Notes under the pieces: generated by a model | Told to the model about the DNA's origin: nothing | What the model saw: the letters and a program-made list of their open reading frames with translations, nothing else | Database searches by the model: none | Program-made: the position numbers and the translations under genes | Shown here: one piece after another, positions 25,232 through 38,721 of the stretch | How the letters are laid out: every line of letters starts with the position of its first letter | Position numbering within the stretch: position 1 is the stretch's first letter | Source of the DNA: Vicugna vicugna | Lineage: Eukaryota | Length of the DNA: 62,000 bases | Assembly (NCBI GenBank): GCA_013265495.1 | Contig: MU058009.1 | Location: forward strand, 3,117,780-3,179,779 | Reading direction: 5' to 3'

Positions 25232-26309
25232 TAGGACTGCTGCAATTAATTCATTAACAATGCAACTGGAATCTCTGTAAACATCACAGCTCAACCCGGC
25301 TGCCCAGAAGACAGAATGACAGAAGATAAGTGTTCGAGCTCTGACTCTCCAGCTAACGTGTGACTTCAGGCGAGGCTTCACTCTTGTGACTAAGTGTTCT
25401 CAGCTATAAAATGCGGGGTTGCATTTCCATGCCTTGGCCCCTCTGGCTCCTAGGGAATGGTCAGACTTCCCTTCTTTTCGTTGTTGGTTGAGTTGCCATG
25501 AGCTCTATTTCTTCTCAGCCTAAAGAGGGGACAGATAGACAGGATAGCTCCAGGTCTCTGTTTCCAGAGAGTTCTCATCTATCTGCACGTTTTATGTGAT
25601 TTCTTCCCTTGAAGAACAAATTTTCTTGATGTCGTGGCTGATTGAAACAGCCTGGGCTTTGCAAAGAGCAGTAATGAGTGATTAACGTGTGACGCGCCCT
25701 AGGGCGAGTTCAGCTGCCAGATGACTAGTTTTCAGTTCTTGAAGTGCTACCCTATTAGGGCTCATTCAACAACACCTGTCACCTCCGCGGCGATTTAGAG
25801 CTGTTTGTGGAGAGGTGTGCCAGAAACAGGTGTTGAGGCCTCCCCTGTCATCACAGGTAGGTGGGCAAGACCAGTTAGGCAGTGCCAGGTCATTTGTGTG
25901 TGTGGTGATTCCAGCTCCCCTTCGAACAGCTGTCCAGGGGAAGGAGAGATGGACACTAGAGGGGTCTGGCTGTCTGGGTGAGTGGAGGAAGGTGGGGCGT
26001 TTCATGGAATTTCACAGTCCCCTTGGCAGGCTCGCCCAGAGCCATCAGGCTGATCTCATCCATGTTGATGTTGTTTCTCTCAGCAAGCAGTAGCCTCAGC
26101 TTTCCGTGGCTTGCGGTTTCTGTGAGCTGGGAATGAATTCCTTGACTCTGAGTGAAGGTGTCCAACTGGAAACAGAAAAAAAAAATTTAGTCCACAAAGG
26201 CATTTTGTCATCAGGGAGTGCCCCAAATTTGGAAGAGTCTGATGGTTAAAGGTCATTTTGGAAACCAGCATGGAGCCAGAGGCGTGATTAGTTAGCCACT
26301 CAGGCATTC

Positions 26310-26890
26310 TTGTAAGCAGCATTTATTAAGCATTTGCTGTGTACTGGGCCCTTTGCTAGGTGTGTCAGATACCGGATGAACAAACACGGTTCTTCTTTTC
26401 AAGAGAGTCACGTGCTAGCAAGAGAGGTGAAAGCATGAACTGTCAGATGTAATCACATGAAATTGCAGACATTCGACCACTTTGGCCTATTAAAAACCAG
26501 CAATTTCTAGGAGTTTGGGGTTAACAGATAGACACTACTATATATAAAATAGATAAACAACAAGGACCTCCTGTAGAGCACAGGGAGCTATATTCGATTT
26601 CTTGTAATGAGGGAAAAGAATCTGAAAATTGTGTGTGTGTGTATAACTGAATCGCTTCGCTGTACACCTGAAAGTAACACTGTACATCAAATGCATTTCA
26701 ATAAAAAATAAAAGTAAAAAGAACCCCAGAGATGTCATATGGTTCAATCACATGCTATCATGTCTTGTGTATAACATGCTATGGGCACAGAGAGGAGGGC
26801 GTGATTAATTAAAATGCCTGATCGTGGTCAAAAAGCTTTACTGAGGAGATAACATTTAACCTTGGCCTGAAAGGGGAACAAGATTTTGAC
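26310..26890 (-). mobile_element. L2 LINE 3' fragment, interrupted by L1
   Basis: catttattaagcatttgctgtgtactgggcc...; resumes with aagctttactgaggagataacattt. Confidence 0.65.
26508..26722 (+). mobile_element. LINE-1 3' UTR fragment
   Basis: ggagtttggggttaacagatagacactactatatataaaatagataaacaacaaggacctcctgtagagcacaggga...aataaaaaataaaa. Confidence 0.92.
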
Positions 26891-28864
26891 AACTTTGCAC
26901 AAGGCGAGGAGATGCTGTGAAAGCTTACCGAGCCTCTGCCACGTGCAGGATGGCGTCGCGGGCGGGGGAGACGGTGTTCCGCCTGCTCGGCTGAGAGTCT
27001 GTCTTCCTGAGATTTACATTCCAAAGAGGGCGGCAGATCCTAAGAATAAACACCCAATTAATCATTCAGCTTCAGTTCTGATGGGTGCTCGGAAGAAGCG
27101 AGTGTGCTGAGAGAGAGTAATGGGGGTCTGGCCCGCCCTGTGTGCCCCGAGGTAAGACAGGATGGGCCCTGGGAGCTGTGGGCGGAGGGGAGCGTTCAGG
27201 ACAGAAGACTCGCACATGAGAGGGCCCCCAGCAGCCGAGGCAGCAGCATGTCACTCCCCTTAGATTTTAATGCCCCATAGAGTCTGCTTCTCTCTGATAA
27301 GGTCCATTTCAGGGTCTCTGGGACTTGGTCATTACACAGCGGGAGATCTGGGCTGTGAGGTTAGGGTGACTGGGGTGGAGGTGTTTAAGCTAGGTGCTAT
27401 CTGCGTGGAAGCAAAATTAATTACTAAAATAAAAATTGAATGAAAATAAAAGCAAAGCCAATAAGGAGATTGATTCATTTTTTTCCCCAATTGTTCTAGA
27501 GTTTTCAGCCTCCTCTTCGGATTCCTGCTGCTTCTCCTCGGGCCTGAGAAGAAGGAGGTTATGGCTTGTCGGGAGGTTTCACCTGAAAGCGTGTCGGGGT
27601 GGCCCACTGGCGCGGGGCACCAGCAGCTTCCAGCACCTCCCGTGTGGACACGTGTGACCGTCCGGAAGGCTCAGCCCCTGCCACAGGCTTAACCAAGGAC
27701 TCCAGACGGATGGAGAGCCCCAGGGTCCGACCACCGCGGACACAGCCGGGACTGGCCTGGGCTGCTGGCCGAGGTGAGGGCAGGGGCGGGGGGGTGGGTA
27801 CTGGAGGCGGGAGCTGTGGCCACCTGAGAGTCCCTGTGCGACTTCCCGCCCTTCTTCACTTTGTCTCCTCCATGCTGGGCATTGTTGTCCATTCAACACT
27901 CCCTGGAGCCTCTCTCTGCAGCATAATTCTGTACGTGTAATGAACTTTTCTTCATTTAAGTAAATAAATGTTTGAAAAAGCCCATGTTTACAGTTATGAA
28001 TACAACGTTTTAAAATGGAGGCTGTTGTTTAAGCTTGTGCTGTCATAGGTGTTGGTCAAAATTTCTCATCTGCAGCTTTAGCCCTTGGTGGACGTCATCG
28101 GGCACCCCGCCCAGGGGCAGAGCCACCTCAGACCGATTAGCCAGGTCAGACTGCTCCTGCCAGAAAAAGCCTGCCTTCACTGTGAGCCCTGGATCAGGCT
28201 TCCGGGCCTCTCGTGACAGTGTCTCAGGTCAGAACCCTGACTCTCATGTCGGCATAAGTAGCCTTCGTCCGACCTTGTCGCCTGGTCAGTGAGGCGTCTC
28301 CACCTCCGGCATTTCCTGAGGACATGTCGCTCTGACCTGGTCGGGGGCGCCCTGGAAGGAGAGGTGGGTTCTAGAACCACCTCTGTGCGGGGCCCTGGGC
28401 GGTTTCCCCCTGGTGAGCGACAGGGTGGGTGAGGGGTATGCTGGTTCTTTAATAAAAGGGGGAGAAGAAAGGCTGGGTATGTTCTTAGGCAGAAAAAAAA
28501 AGCACAAATTTAAGTTGAGCATCTGAAAATTAATTTCCTTAAAACTGTCGATGCCTGAATAGCCCCAAACATGTTCATGTTCCCCTTTTTAAGAATACTG
28601 ATTGAAAAGCAACTCTTATTGGCAAACTTTCCCCTAGAGCCCTCAATTCATGCCGTGTTTAGAGCACAGCCGCTCATCTCACCCCCAAGTTCACTGAACC
28701 CACGTCTCTCCATCTAGAAGAGCGTCTGCTTAGAGGAGGGTGAGCGTCCGAGGTGAAGCCACCCCACGCCCCCCGGCTGCAGGCTCCTGAACCCCGCACG
28801 CAGACCGATGGACCAGCCTCGGGGAAGTCCTGTCGGGGAGCAGGTAGGGTTAACGGGCCTCTCC

Positions 28865-28878
28865 GTCTCCATGGCAAC
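28865..28878. promoter_or_regulatory. RFX X-box
   Basis: gtctccatggcaac versus consensus GTTRCCATGGYAAC. Confidence 0.65.
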
Positions 28879-31800
28879 AAAACAAACGGTGTGTTTTATG
28901 GAGTCAGTTTTGCTATGGCTGAAAGAATTTCAACCTGCCCAACGCTGATTTTATAGGCCTAGAAACCAAAGCCAGAGAGATGGTGTGTGTCAGGGGGTCG
29001 ACGTTCCCCAAACCTCATCTTTAGGAAATAGTGGAACTGGGCGATTCCCCAAACCAGGGCCACTGGGGTGAACGGAGGGCCGGCTGGCATCATGAAGATA
29101 CAGCGAATGGGTTCACTGACCGCATCCTTGCACGTTTTCCTCTCCGCCCTGGGGTCTTTGGGAAAGTTGTGATTTCTTCATCTTGGAAGCCGGATGGTCA
29201 CCCGGCTCCCTGGAATTTTCAGAGGAATCACCACTAGAGATGACGGGAAGGTATTTTTGGCTATGACCTTCCCCAGAATCAGTATTTCAGAATCTCTGTC
29301 ACCTCCCAAGTGGCGCCTGGGTCCCCAGGATTTGTACTGGACTTGGGCTGGGCAGGATGAAACGAGTGCTTCAGACCGCAGGTGTTCCCAGCAGAGTTTC
29401 TTTGAAAACTTGAGCAAAGTTGGCCTCATCTCTGGGGCTTTCCTCATTTAATTCAGACTTGATGGCTTGTTCCCCACTTTGCACCTGCTGGAAATTCCAG
29501 AGGAGCAACAACAGCCCAGCCACGAGCAATCCCCAATTAAAGAGCCCGGTCAGCTGCACTTGACGCAGGTGCAGGACGGCCTTCTGTGATTCTGGGGGAA
29601 GGCAACCCAAATACCTGTGCTGACCGGGGCTCCAGAGACTCGGGGAAGCATGGTCCTGGAGCCTCTTGCTTGGACCTCATCAGCGCACAATCCCGCTGTC
29701 TGAAATGACCCTGAGATGCGTTTGCAGACGTCAGCGTAATGACGCATCCTAAGCTTAGTCTGTGGGGTGTGCAGATGAATCAAATCTCTAGAGCTGGAGA
29801 AAAGCAGAGAAATGAATTATTGGTGAATTTAGGAAGAATACAGAGCTCATCAGTGTAATCAGAAAGCATTTTGGCACCCAAATTAGCCATCTCATTTCCT
29901 GAATCCATTGAGTAATGACTTCTCTTCATTTTAGAAGTGCCTGTAATAAACCCTTTAAAAATAAATTCAAGTAACTTTGCATAAATATAAGAATCCAAAT
30001 GGATATGAAACTTAATTATTTAGAGTCTAAAAATATTAGAAAGAGTAGGGTTGCTAGAAATGGAGATAATATATGTACCACATAGGATTCTGGTGCAGAT
30101 GAAATGTTGCAATGACCATGAAGCATTAGACACAGCTCTGATTTTGTCAAATTCAGCCTGTCATTTTATAGACAGAGGACCTGAGGCCTGGAGAAGCTGC
30201 CTTGTCTGCAGTCAGAGCCCTGAGCTGACACCCAACATAGAATCCTTTCCACCTCACGTGCCCCCAGTGCCCAGCAAGTGTAAATCAGCACATTTTGGCT
30301 CAACTCCTTAAGCCCTAGACGACACTGAGGGGGGTGAGATTTCTCAGACTCCTGGTACGTCTGTCACAAAAGTTGCTTGAGGGTTTGATTTCCTCCGCAC
30401 CTTCTGCCTTTGTGTTGGTGAGAAGCTGCCTTCATGCCAGCCAGGGGCCTGATTAGAGAAGGAGCTGGCTTAGGGATATGAGACGTGCTTGACACACGTG
30501 TCAGGGTCCTTCTGGAAGGAGAATTGGGAAGAAGGCCTTATAAGAAGTGATGCTTTAAAAAAAATGTGGAGCCTTCTCTCTTTTACCCCAACTTTCCAGA
30601 AACTTTGCCTACAATGGATATTTATTTTGGCCTTTCTCAGAATCATTGATGCCCGTTTTATATTAGAATTAAGAGGAGCCAGCAAAGGGGAGAATATTGA
30701 TTGTGAAAGTGTGGGGTTGACTGGCCAAGCCCATCCTGCTGGGATTTCCACCTGGGGCTCAGTAACTGACAGAAGCAGGTTAGATCACTCAACTCATATG
30801 CTATTACAACTTTGCGTAATAACACGTAAATCCTATAACGTCTCTTTACCCTAAAGCCATAAAACTCTGATTCTATAAATGCATTTTTTCGTAAACATAA
30901 TTAGGATACCTTATTGCTAATAAATTCCCTCAAATTCACTCCCTTAAAATTGGTGTGTCTTTCTTCCTGTTAATGGATTTGACCATTTTCACAGCTTTAG
31001 ATCCTTTCTACTCTAGTTTATATTTAGCAGCTAGGTAAAAAATTCCTTTATTCCTTTATGTTAGCTATTTCTTCTTTCTTTCTTTGTTCCCACAGTACTG
31101 TTCTAGATTTAAAAACATACATTTTGAGGGGATTGGAGAAGGAAGGCCGAAAAGTGTGCTTGTCCCACCAGACTTACCCAGTCGTGCGCATTTATTCTTC
31201 ACAGTGTGGCATCCCGTCTTTTGAGATATATGTGTGTGCATTATGGTCTAGGTCTGTATCTGTACATGTGAAAGCTGTGATTTGTCAGCTTTTAAAAAAA
31301 AAACAGATGGATAAATTGTGTGCATTCATGATTTTGCCCTACACATTTTTTTTTCCGGGTGTCAGCTAAGGCCACCCTGCCTCTTTTGCAACTGGGTACA
31401 ACTAGTAGGGACTTCCTAACCCCACTGCCTGTGGACTTCCACAGTGATCCCCAGCGTTTCCCCAGCATCTCTCTGGATTTCTGGGGACTGAGCAGAGTGG
31501 AGTCTGTGCTCTAAGGCCTCTTCTGATCCTGCCACTCCTTTCCTTCCTGTAATGTCTCCATTTACAGCCCATAAAATGCTGCCTGTTCTGTTATCAAATG
31601 GACCAAAAACCTCCACTTAGAAAAATAAAAGTGAAGACCTTCTCGGGATGCATCTGTGTTGAAATGAGACCCTGACAGCAAGCACAGCTTCCTAGCAGTA
31701 CTGCTGGCGTTGAGTCACGTGGGTAAGAGAAAACCGTTCCTACCGTTTACTGAAACAGTGCAGACTCACTGCAGCTCCTGCCAGACATGCTAGCTAGGCA

Positions 31801-32927
31801 TCACAGAAAACCCCGAAGCCCCCAGGTGAAGGCGATGGTGAGAGGCAAATATTCTGAGGCAAAAGGCTGGATTAAACAAGGAATGGGCAGACCATGGAGG
31901 CGGCAAACTGGCCCCTTTCTCTCCTGTCCTGAGCTGACAGAAAGGTACGCTATCACCAGCTACAGGAGTTCCTCAGGGACTGTAAAGTAAAGAGATGACT
32001 TCAGGTAACTAGAAGTTAGTAGGATTTTCTAAGGCAGTTGAGAGATAGGAGCAAATTTAAGTGAGAAGCCAGAGCCCCCAACATTTTGAGGGGTGGTCTA
32101 TATGGCGCCCGGGGCAGAGGCGGCAGCCAGCTCGAGGAGCAGGTCCTGAGCCCCACACCTGGTGATGCCCGCGGGTCGGCCCGGCGAGTTTACTGAGACA
32201 CCCCAGCAGACCCCTGGAGAGATGGGCACACAGGGTCCTAGATGGACAGGCTCGAGTTGTGAGAAGGTGAATCCTCCACCATGCATACCACGGGCACATC
32301 TCCGCAGCAGTTCTAAAAATGAGGCAGATACCACGTGTAGGCAAGGAGGGATCGCGTCAACACATCTGCAGCACGATCGGCCAGTCTGCACGTCCGTCTC
32401 GCATCCGCGTGCGTGTACAGACACGCGTCAGAAGCGGACGGGGACTGGGCGGGCTTGTCAAGTGGGACTTAAGCTGTACCTACTTTTTAAAAAATGTTTT
32501 AAAGTTTATATTGACAATTTAAACATAGGATTGCAAATCTTAAGGGGAAATTTTTCTCCAGGTTTTTAAGAAAGAAGGAATCACATTCAGTTGGTGGGAT
32601 CCGAGCTTCACGCAGGAGGCTGGGTTCTCGCTAGGTCATGAAAGCAGGGAAGGGACCAGGAGGAGCCTGAGGGGGCGGGTGGAGATGAGGCCATTCTGGC
32701 CGGAGCTGTTAGGATGTGCTGAGCCAGCCAGGAACTCAATCCGTGAAGGAATATGGCAGCAACGTAGACTGAGGAGGACTTGGGTGCCAGATTTGGTCAT
32801 TTTCACTATCTTCTGTGCAAAAGGAGAGTTGAGATTTTTGAGCAAGGTGGCAGCATTATCCTAGTTGCGGTGCATGAATGCTACTCTGGGTCCCGCGGGC
32901 TGCAGACCGAAGAAAAACTCTAAATGT

Positions 32928-33063
32928 GGGGAGCATATAGCTCAGTGGTAGAGCGCATGCTTAGCATGCACGAGGTCCTGGGTTCAGTCCCCAGTACAGT
33001 ACCTCCATTAAAAATAAAAAATAATAAATAAATAAAATGAATTACCTCCCTCCCCTCCAAAAA
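32928..33063 (+). mobile_element. tRNA-Ala-derived SINE (camelid vic-1-like)
   Basis: tagctcagtggtagagcgcatgcttagcatgcacgaggtcctgggttcagtcccc (tRNA-Ala AGC-like), then an A-rich tract and aattacctccc; degenerate TSD aaaactctaaatgtgg/aaacctcttgagtgg. Confidence 0.92.
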
Positions 33064-34830
33064 CCTCTTGAGTGGGAGCTAGTAAAAGGCTGATGCAGCA
33101 GTTTGGTACAAACCTCCTAAGGCCTTGCTCTCTGAGGTGCCAACAGGAATAAGGAAGGAGGGGAGACATTTGCAAAAGCCTCAGGTGATGCTCGGCCCCC
33201 GGTTGGAGGAAGAGAGTGACAGAATGGAGACAGGACGCAGGGGACACAGCGCAGTCCAACCCTGCAGCTGCCTCTGGGAGGTGACGGCGGAGATGTTCCC
33301 CGAATATAATTACTGGGAGGTGGGGGGGACCTTTGACGGAGCAGTTCCAGGAGGCGGGGGTGTCAGGATGCAGAGCTGGGGGAGGAGGGTGCAGCCAGGG
33401 TGCAGTGGGCTGGCCGCGCTGTTTAGGAACTTGGTAGGAGTGGGAAGGAAACTGGAGGGAAAAGCTGTTAGAGGAATAGTCTTATTACTAAGAAAAGTCT
33501 CTCCTTTCTGAAAGACACTTGACCTCCAAGCCAACCCACCCTCCCAGTCTCCTTCTTACCTCACTGTCCACTCCATTGCTCCCAGAAAAAAAGCTCAGGC
33601 TGCAAGAGGCAGTTGGCGGGTTGGTGTGACGTTGCAAATTCTCCCAAACCTGACCCCCCAGCTTCCAGTCTGGTCCTCAGACAGTTCCCGGGCAAGATGA
33701 GACCGGAGATTGCTGAGGAGACCTGGAAGGCGGGGTGGAGGGGATGAGCTCTGCGTTCCCGGACTGCCTCCTTTCTCCTCCTGGGGACCCCCTCCCCTGC
33801 CTCCCCTGCCAAAAAAGTATCCTCAGTGCAGCTTCCAGTGAGTCAGCTGTTCAGAGCACAAAACGACTTCAGTGTTAGAAAGTACAATAAACTAGAGTAA
33901 AATAAAATAAAATGTTGGATTGAGAGTTTAGGGTGCGGGCATTCGGACTTAAGATTGATATCTCGAATTTCTTACGACATCCTTACAATATCCAAAGCTA
34001 GAATCCAGGCCCTGGGGAGCTAATCACAGTGACGAGAGGCACTTAGTTGCTCGTTCTGAACCGTGTTGAACAGTGCAGCAAGGTTGGAAAGCGTGACTTT
34101 TTCTTTTTGGAGCAGTGAAGCAGCTCCTTTGTTGTGAGTGGGTTGAGGGCTACAAAGTAGCTAGTCGAATTGTATGAGCAGGACTCATTTTAAAATAGCG
34201 TGACTGCCCTGAACCCAGGTCTAGTGGCATCGTAGGAAGAAGCAGAGGAATCATATTGTTAGCTTTTCTAAAGCAAGAGGCAGCTGCTGGCTCATGGAGT
34301 TTGAGACGGAACCAGAGCTGCCCACGTCGAGGGCCCTGTGGTGGGGCTGAGGGTGAAGGCTGATTTCACCACATCTCCTTCTTCAGCCACCTGCCTGCCA
34401 AAAACCGCAAAGAAAGGAGGCGAGTGAGAAACGACTGGGCACAGCCTCCTCTCCGGTCAGCGTTCGGGGAGAATGGGCGAGGACCGAGATCTCTCTGGAT
34501 GCCTCTCTGTCCCTCCCTTAAGATTCAGGTCCTAAGGGCTCAGAGTTCCCTGTAGAGTGGATTTGTTTGGTTTTGTTTTTGTGCCAACAATAAGAAATAC
34601 TGACGTACAAATTACACGAAGTGCGGGGCAGGGGGAGATTCCTCACCTTTCCTCCCCGCCGGTCCTCCATCCTCTTGTCTCCGGCTGGAGCCCCCAGGGC
34701 TGAACCCAGCCGGAACCCAGCTGCCACGGGAGTGTAAGGGACACAGGCTGCAAGGGTCGCCCCGGGAGAGGGAGCAGGAATGCCGAGCTGGCAGACAGGC
34801 CCGGGACTGGCCCAAAGACGCACGGCGTCC

Positions 34831-34870
34831 TCATTTAAGCTCATTTAGCACCATTTAGCTAATTTGCATT
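34831..34870. promoter_or_regulatory. Octamer (POU) site preceded by three phased CATTTA repeats
   Basis: tcatttaagc tcatttagca ccatttagct aatttgcatt; canonical ATTTGCAT at 34862-34869. Confidence 0.5.
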
Positions 34871-37843
34871 TTCAGCCAGCTCTTACGCTGCCCTTCTCTT
34901 CTCCACCCTAGGGCTCTCCCCTCCGCTGCCTCATTTGCCTTCTACTGCTGATCCTTTCAAGATTTCTTGGTTAACGAAGCAAAGCCCTTGTCTTCTGGGA
35001 CGCAGGCTCATTTCTCAATTTCTGGGGAAAGCGCTTCGTGGGAAACTGAGGGATGGAGAGAGGATGCAGGTGAGCAGACGGGGGTGGGGGGGCGCCTCCC
35101 CCCAAGGAGCCGTGCTGGCGGTCGGCTCGGGTCAGGCTGACTCAGGAGGTGGACCCGGAGAAGCCGAGGGAGGAAGAGGGGTCAGCAAAGGAGGCTTCAT
35201 CAAAACTGCAGAGAGAAGGAGCCTGTCTCCCTTCGGCCCGTCCTTCTGGGGAGCCCAGTGCCCCCCGCTGTCCCGTCAGCCCGCCTCCCTCAGCCCTCTC
35301 ACACAGAAGCCCAAAGCCAAGCCCAGGCCGGACTGCAGACGAACACAAGCCAAACCTCTGCGTTCAGCACAGGCGAGACCCTTGGAGCCTCACCATGAAT
35401 TCAGTTCCTATTTCTCTCCCAGGGAAACTTGCCTCTAACGTTTCATCTCAAAGTAAGAAATTAAACGCCTTATACGCTGTTAAAGAAATGCTAGGTGTGG
35501 GGAGTCTGTTTCACCCCTGAAAGCGTAGGAGATGCTTGTCTGCGGGGCAGGTCAGCTGAGAGGGGGCGATGCTGACCGTCCCGGGAGCGGGAGGCGGGCA
35601 GGGTGGGGAAGTCCTGCTGTGAACCACGCACCCTGCTCTCTGGCCTCCTGGGTGTAAGTCAGAGGTCTCATGAGATCTAAGAACCAGTGGAGCAGGGTTT
35701 CTGCACAGCACGAGGGAATGAGGGCAGCAAAGCCTTGGTGAGACTTAGGTGAGGTGCAGCCGGCTAGAAACCGTGCTGCTCAGGGCGCCCAGCGCGTGGA
35801 GTTTATCCTGCAGACCAGAGTGGGCGCTGGAGCCAAGGAGGGCGGAGGGGGAAAACAGAGGAGCAGACTGATAAGGTTATATAAAGAAAAACAGCAGAGG
35901 AAAACATCGCCTAATCCAAGAAGGGTACACTTACATTTTGATTTTGTGTAACACCCTTCCCGCTCCCCAGGCAGAGCTCCCGGCCTCCCCCGCGCTGTGT
36001 GATACCAGGCAGGGCGAAATCCCTGCGCCCTGGTCAGAACAGCGCTCAGACAAACATCTGTCCAGATCTGCTGCCTCTCCTTAACACAGGGGCCAGCTCA
36101 GCAATCCAGGGCCGTGTGCAGAAAGCTGCTGACAGGCTCTGTGAGGAAAGACAGAAAGTCCTCCCGCTGGTAGAAGAGGGCCCGCGGCCTCCAGCCTGGG
36201 CTGCAGAGCATCTTCTGGGGGTGCGGGCAGCAGGTCGGGGTTAGGAGTGAGGGGTGAGGACCTTAAACTCCAAGGGCCTGCCCACTCTCCCCCAGCTCCC
36301 CAGAGGACAGGGGGTCCCAGGAGGTTCTTGCTACAGGAAGTGGCAATGGTGGGGGTTGTCGAGGGAGGCCAGCCTGGCTGCCTGGGTCCCAGTTGGAGCA
36401 AGAAACAAATTCTCCTCAAGTTATGAGTGAACCACTCAGTCTCCATTTTGGGAAGTGAGAATGTGTGTTGCACCCAGCGAGGGGGGCTATCAGGCCCAGA
36501 CTCCACCCCAAACATCAGTAGAAGCTTCCAGCTCCCCATGACACCTGCTGCCCACCTCCGCTGTGTGTGCTGAATCCCAGAGCCTTGCAGAGACGCTCGG
36601 AGGCTTTCCTGTGCTACGTCCATCCAATAAGCCCTCATTCCCAGAGGGAGTCCAAGCATGAGTTTTAAGTCCACAAATACGATCGTTTAAAAAAATTTCC
36701 ACTGTGAGGTGGCGCTCAACTCCTGTGGCTTCTGGAGACTGCCTTCTGTCTAGATGCCTGGCTTGTGAACGTATCTGTACCAGCTTCTAAAATGCTTTCT
36801 TTGCTTCAACACCGTAAACCTTTTCTTCAGTGTAACAGCTCCAAGCAGCTGGAGCAGAAACACTGCGGAGCTCTCCAGGGCGTCCCAAAGAACGGCCGTC
36901 TCGCGGGCCTGGAGCCCTGGACCGGCCAATGCCCGGCCCGGCCCGCTCTGTCTTGAGAGCCCACGGAGCGAGTGTCTCCCCTCAGCCGGGCAGCAGCCTC
37001 CCCCGTGGCGGCGAGGAAGGGCCTGACGTTTGCAGTCTTGACCTTCGTTTGCCTTGACATGACTTACCACTCGTGCTTTGGGAGGAAAGCGGTCCTGGTG
37101 AGAAAGGCAGCCGTGGACGCTGGAGCGACTTTCTCTGAGGGCTTGCCGGGCTCCGTGTCGCCGCTGGCTCGTGCGCTGCCAGGTCCCCGGCGTTCTCGCC
37201 TCTGCTGCTTCCTTTTATTTCCGTTCTTGGGAACATGTACAAATTTTGGCCATATTTATACAGTGTACGAATCATGCTTTAGGTGATAATTCTAAGACGT
37301 GACTAGAAGACTAAAAATAGCAAAGAAATGCCAATTAAGCACAAGCAGTGGGCTTTAGACGGGCCAGGAGAGGGGCTTCTGACGAAATTCATGCGTTCCC
37401 TTGTTTCCACTCACCCCGAGATTTCCAGGGGGAGGTGGTAGGGGAGGGGGTTGGAAGTAAGCGTGTGCCTTTTAAATGAAGAATCTACTAAAAAAGAAGC
37501 TATTTTTCTTTAAGTCTAATTGGTCGGCCCTAGAGGAAGGATCTATGTTCGTATGCATTGTGCAGAAAGGGATCTTAAACAACAGAGAGGCAGCGTGAGA
37601 CAGCAGAGACTGAGATCATCATTCAGAGAAGAAAAGGCTTTCCTGGAGGGGCCCGCGTGCACTGCAAACTCCCCGTCACAAGAACGTCCTTCTGTGTCCT
37701 GGAAGCCTCAGGTGAATGCACTTGGAGGCATTTATTCATTACAGTTAATGAATAGTCCATTGCCTGCCTTCCCGTGATGGCAGCAGGGATCTGCCCCGCC
37801 GTGAGGCCACGCCTGGCGGGGTTTCCAGCTTGATTACGTGGAG

Positions 37844-38068
37844 CAGGGTTCTTAGCCTCAGCACTAGTGACGTTTTGAACCGGTCATTTGTTGCAAGGGG
37901 TGGGGGAGGGCTTTCTTGTGCACTGTTGGATGTTTATCAGCATCCTTGACTGTCCATGAGGTGCCACTGCCACCCTCTCCTAGTCATGCCACTAAAAAGG
38001 TTTCCAGACATTGTCCAGTGTTCCCTGAGGGACAAAACCCCTCCTCTCCCCCATGCTGAGAACCAGTG
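37844..38068 (-). mobile_element. MER20 hAT-Charlie DNA transposon
   Basis: cagggttcttagcctcagcactagtgacgtttt...tccagacattgtccagtgttccctgagggacaaaa...tgagaaccagtg; degenerate 8-bp TSD acgtggag/gtgtagag. Confidence 0.88.
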
Positions 38069-38707
38069 GTGTAGAGGAATGACGTCTTATTTCCAGTGCT
38101 CCTCAACAATTAAGTAAGCTCTCTGGGGAGCCCTGAGGGACACAGGACGTCATTCCCAATCATGCAGATCGCCAGCAGGCTGATGGAGTGAAGTGCTGAC
38201 CGCGTGTGTGTCCGGAGTTAATGATTCCAGGCTGCAGGGGTGAAAGGTCCCTGTGACAGCAGTCACTCCCCGCCCCACCCCCAAGCACCTGGGTTCCCCA
38301 TGAGCAAACCTCGTCAAGTGCTGAGTGGGCCAGATCCTGCTGAGGCTGTGAGAAAATAGGAATTCTGGATTGCGAACATTAAAACAAGTCTTTGGCCGCA
38401 GGCAGCGACCAGGGCAGCGGTGAATAATGACGCGTCTCCCTAGAAGAGCCCCTCGTATTTCCGTCCGAAAGCAATCTTTGCGTGCTGAGGCGGAGACACG
38501 GGGGGACGTGCTGTCTACATGCAGGGTGCTCCCCAAACGTATGACGTTATCCCCCAAACTCTCAGGACAAGGATGTAACATCAAAAACAAACCCCCCAAA
38601 ATCCTCTTGGCTCTGGAGAACTAACCGATGCTCCTTCTACACTGGGGGAGAAAACACAGTTCTGTGGTCAGTAACATCTGAATGCTGTTGGGTGAGGTAA
38701 CCCTGGG

Positions 38708-38721
38708 GTTGCCATGGAAAC
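38708..38721. promoter_or_regulatory. RFX X-box
   Basis: gttgccatggaaac, one mismatch from the palindrome GTTGCCATGGCAAC. Confidence 0.7.

Noticed and set aside
32928..33010. tRNA-Ala(AGC) gene
   Set aside because: The acceptor stem is disrupted (cagta duplication), it is followed by the SINE A-rich body rather than a T terminator, and two homologous copies exist in the window
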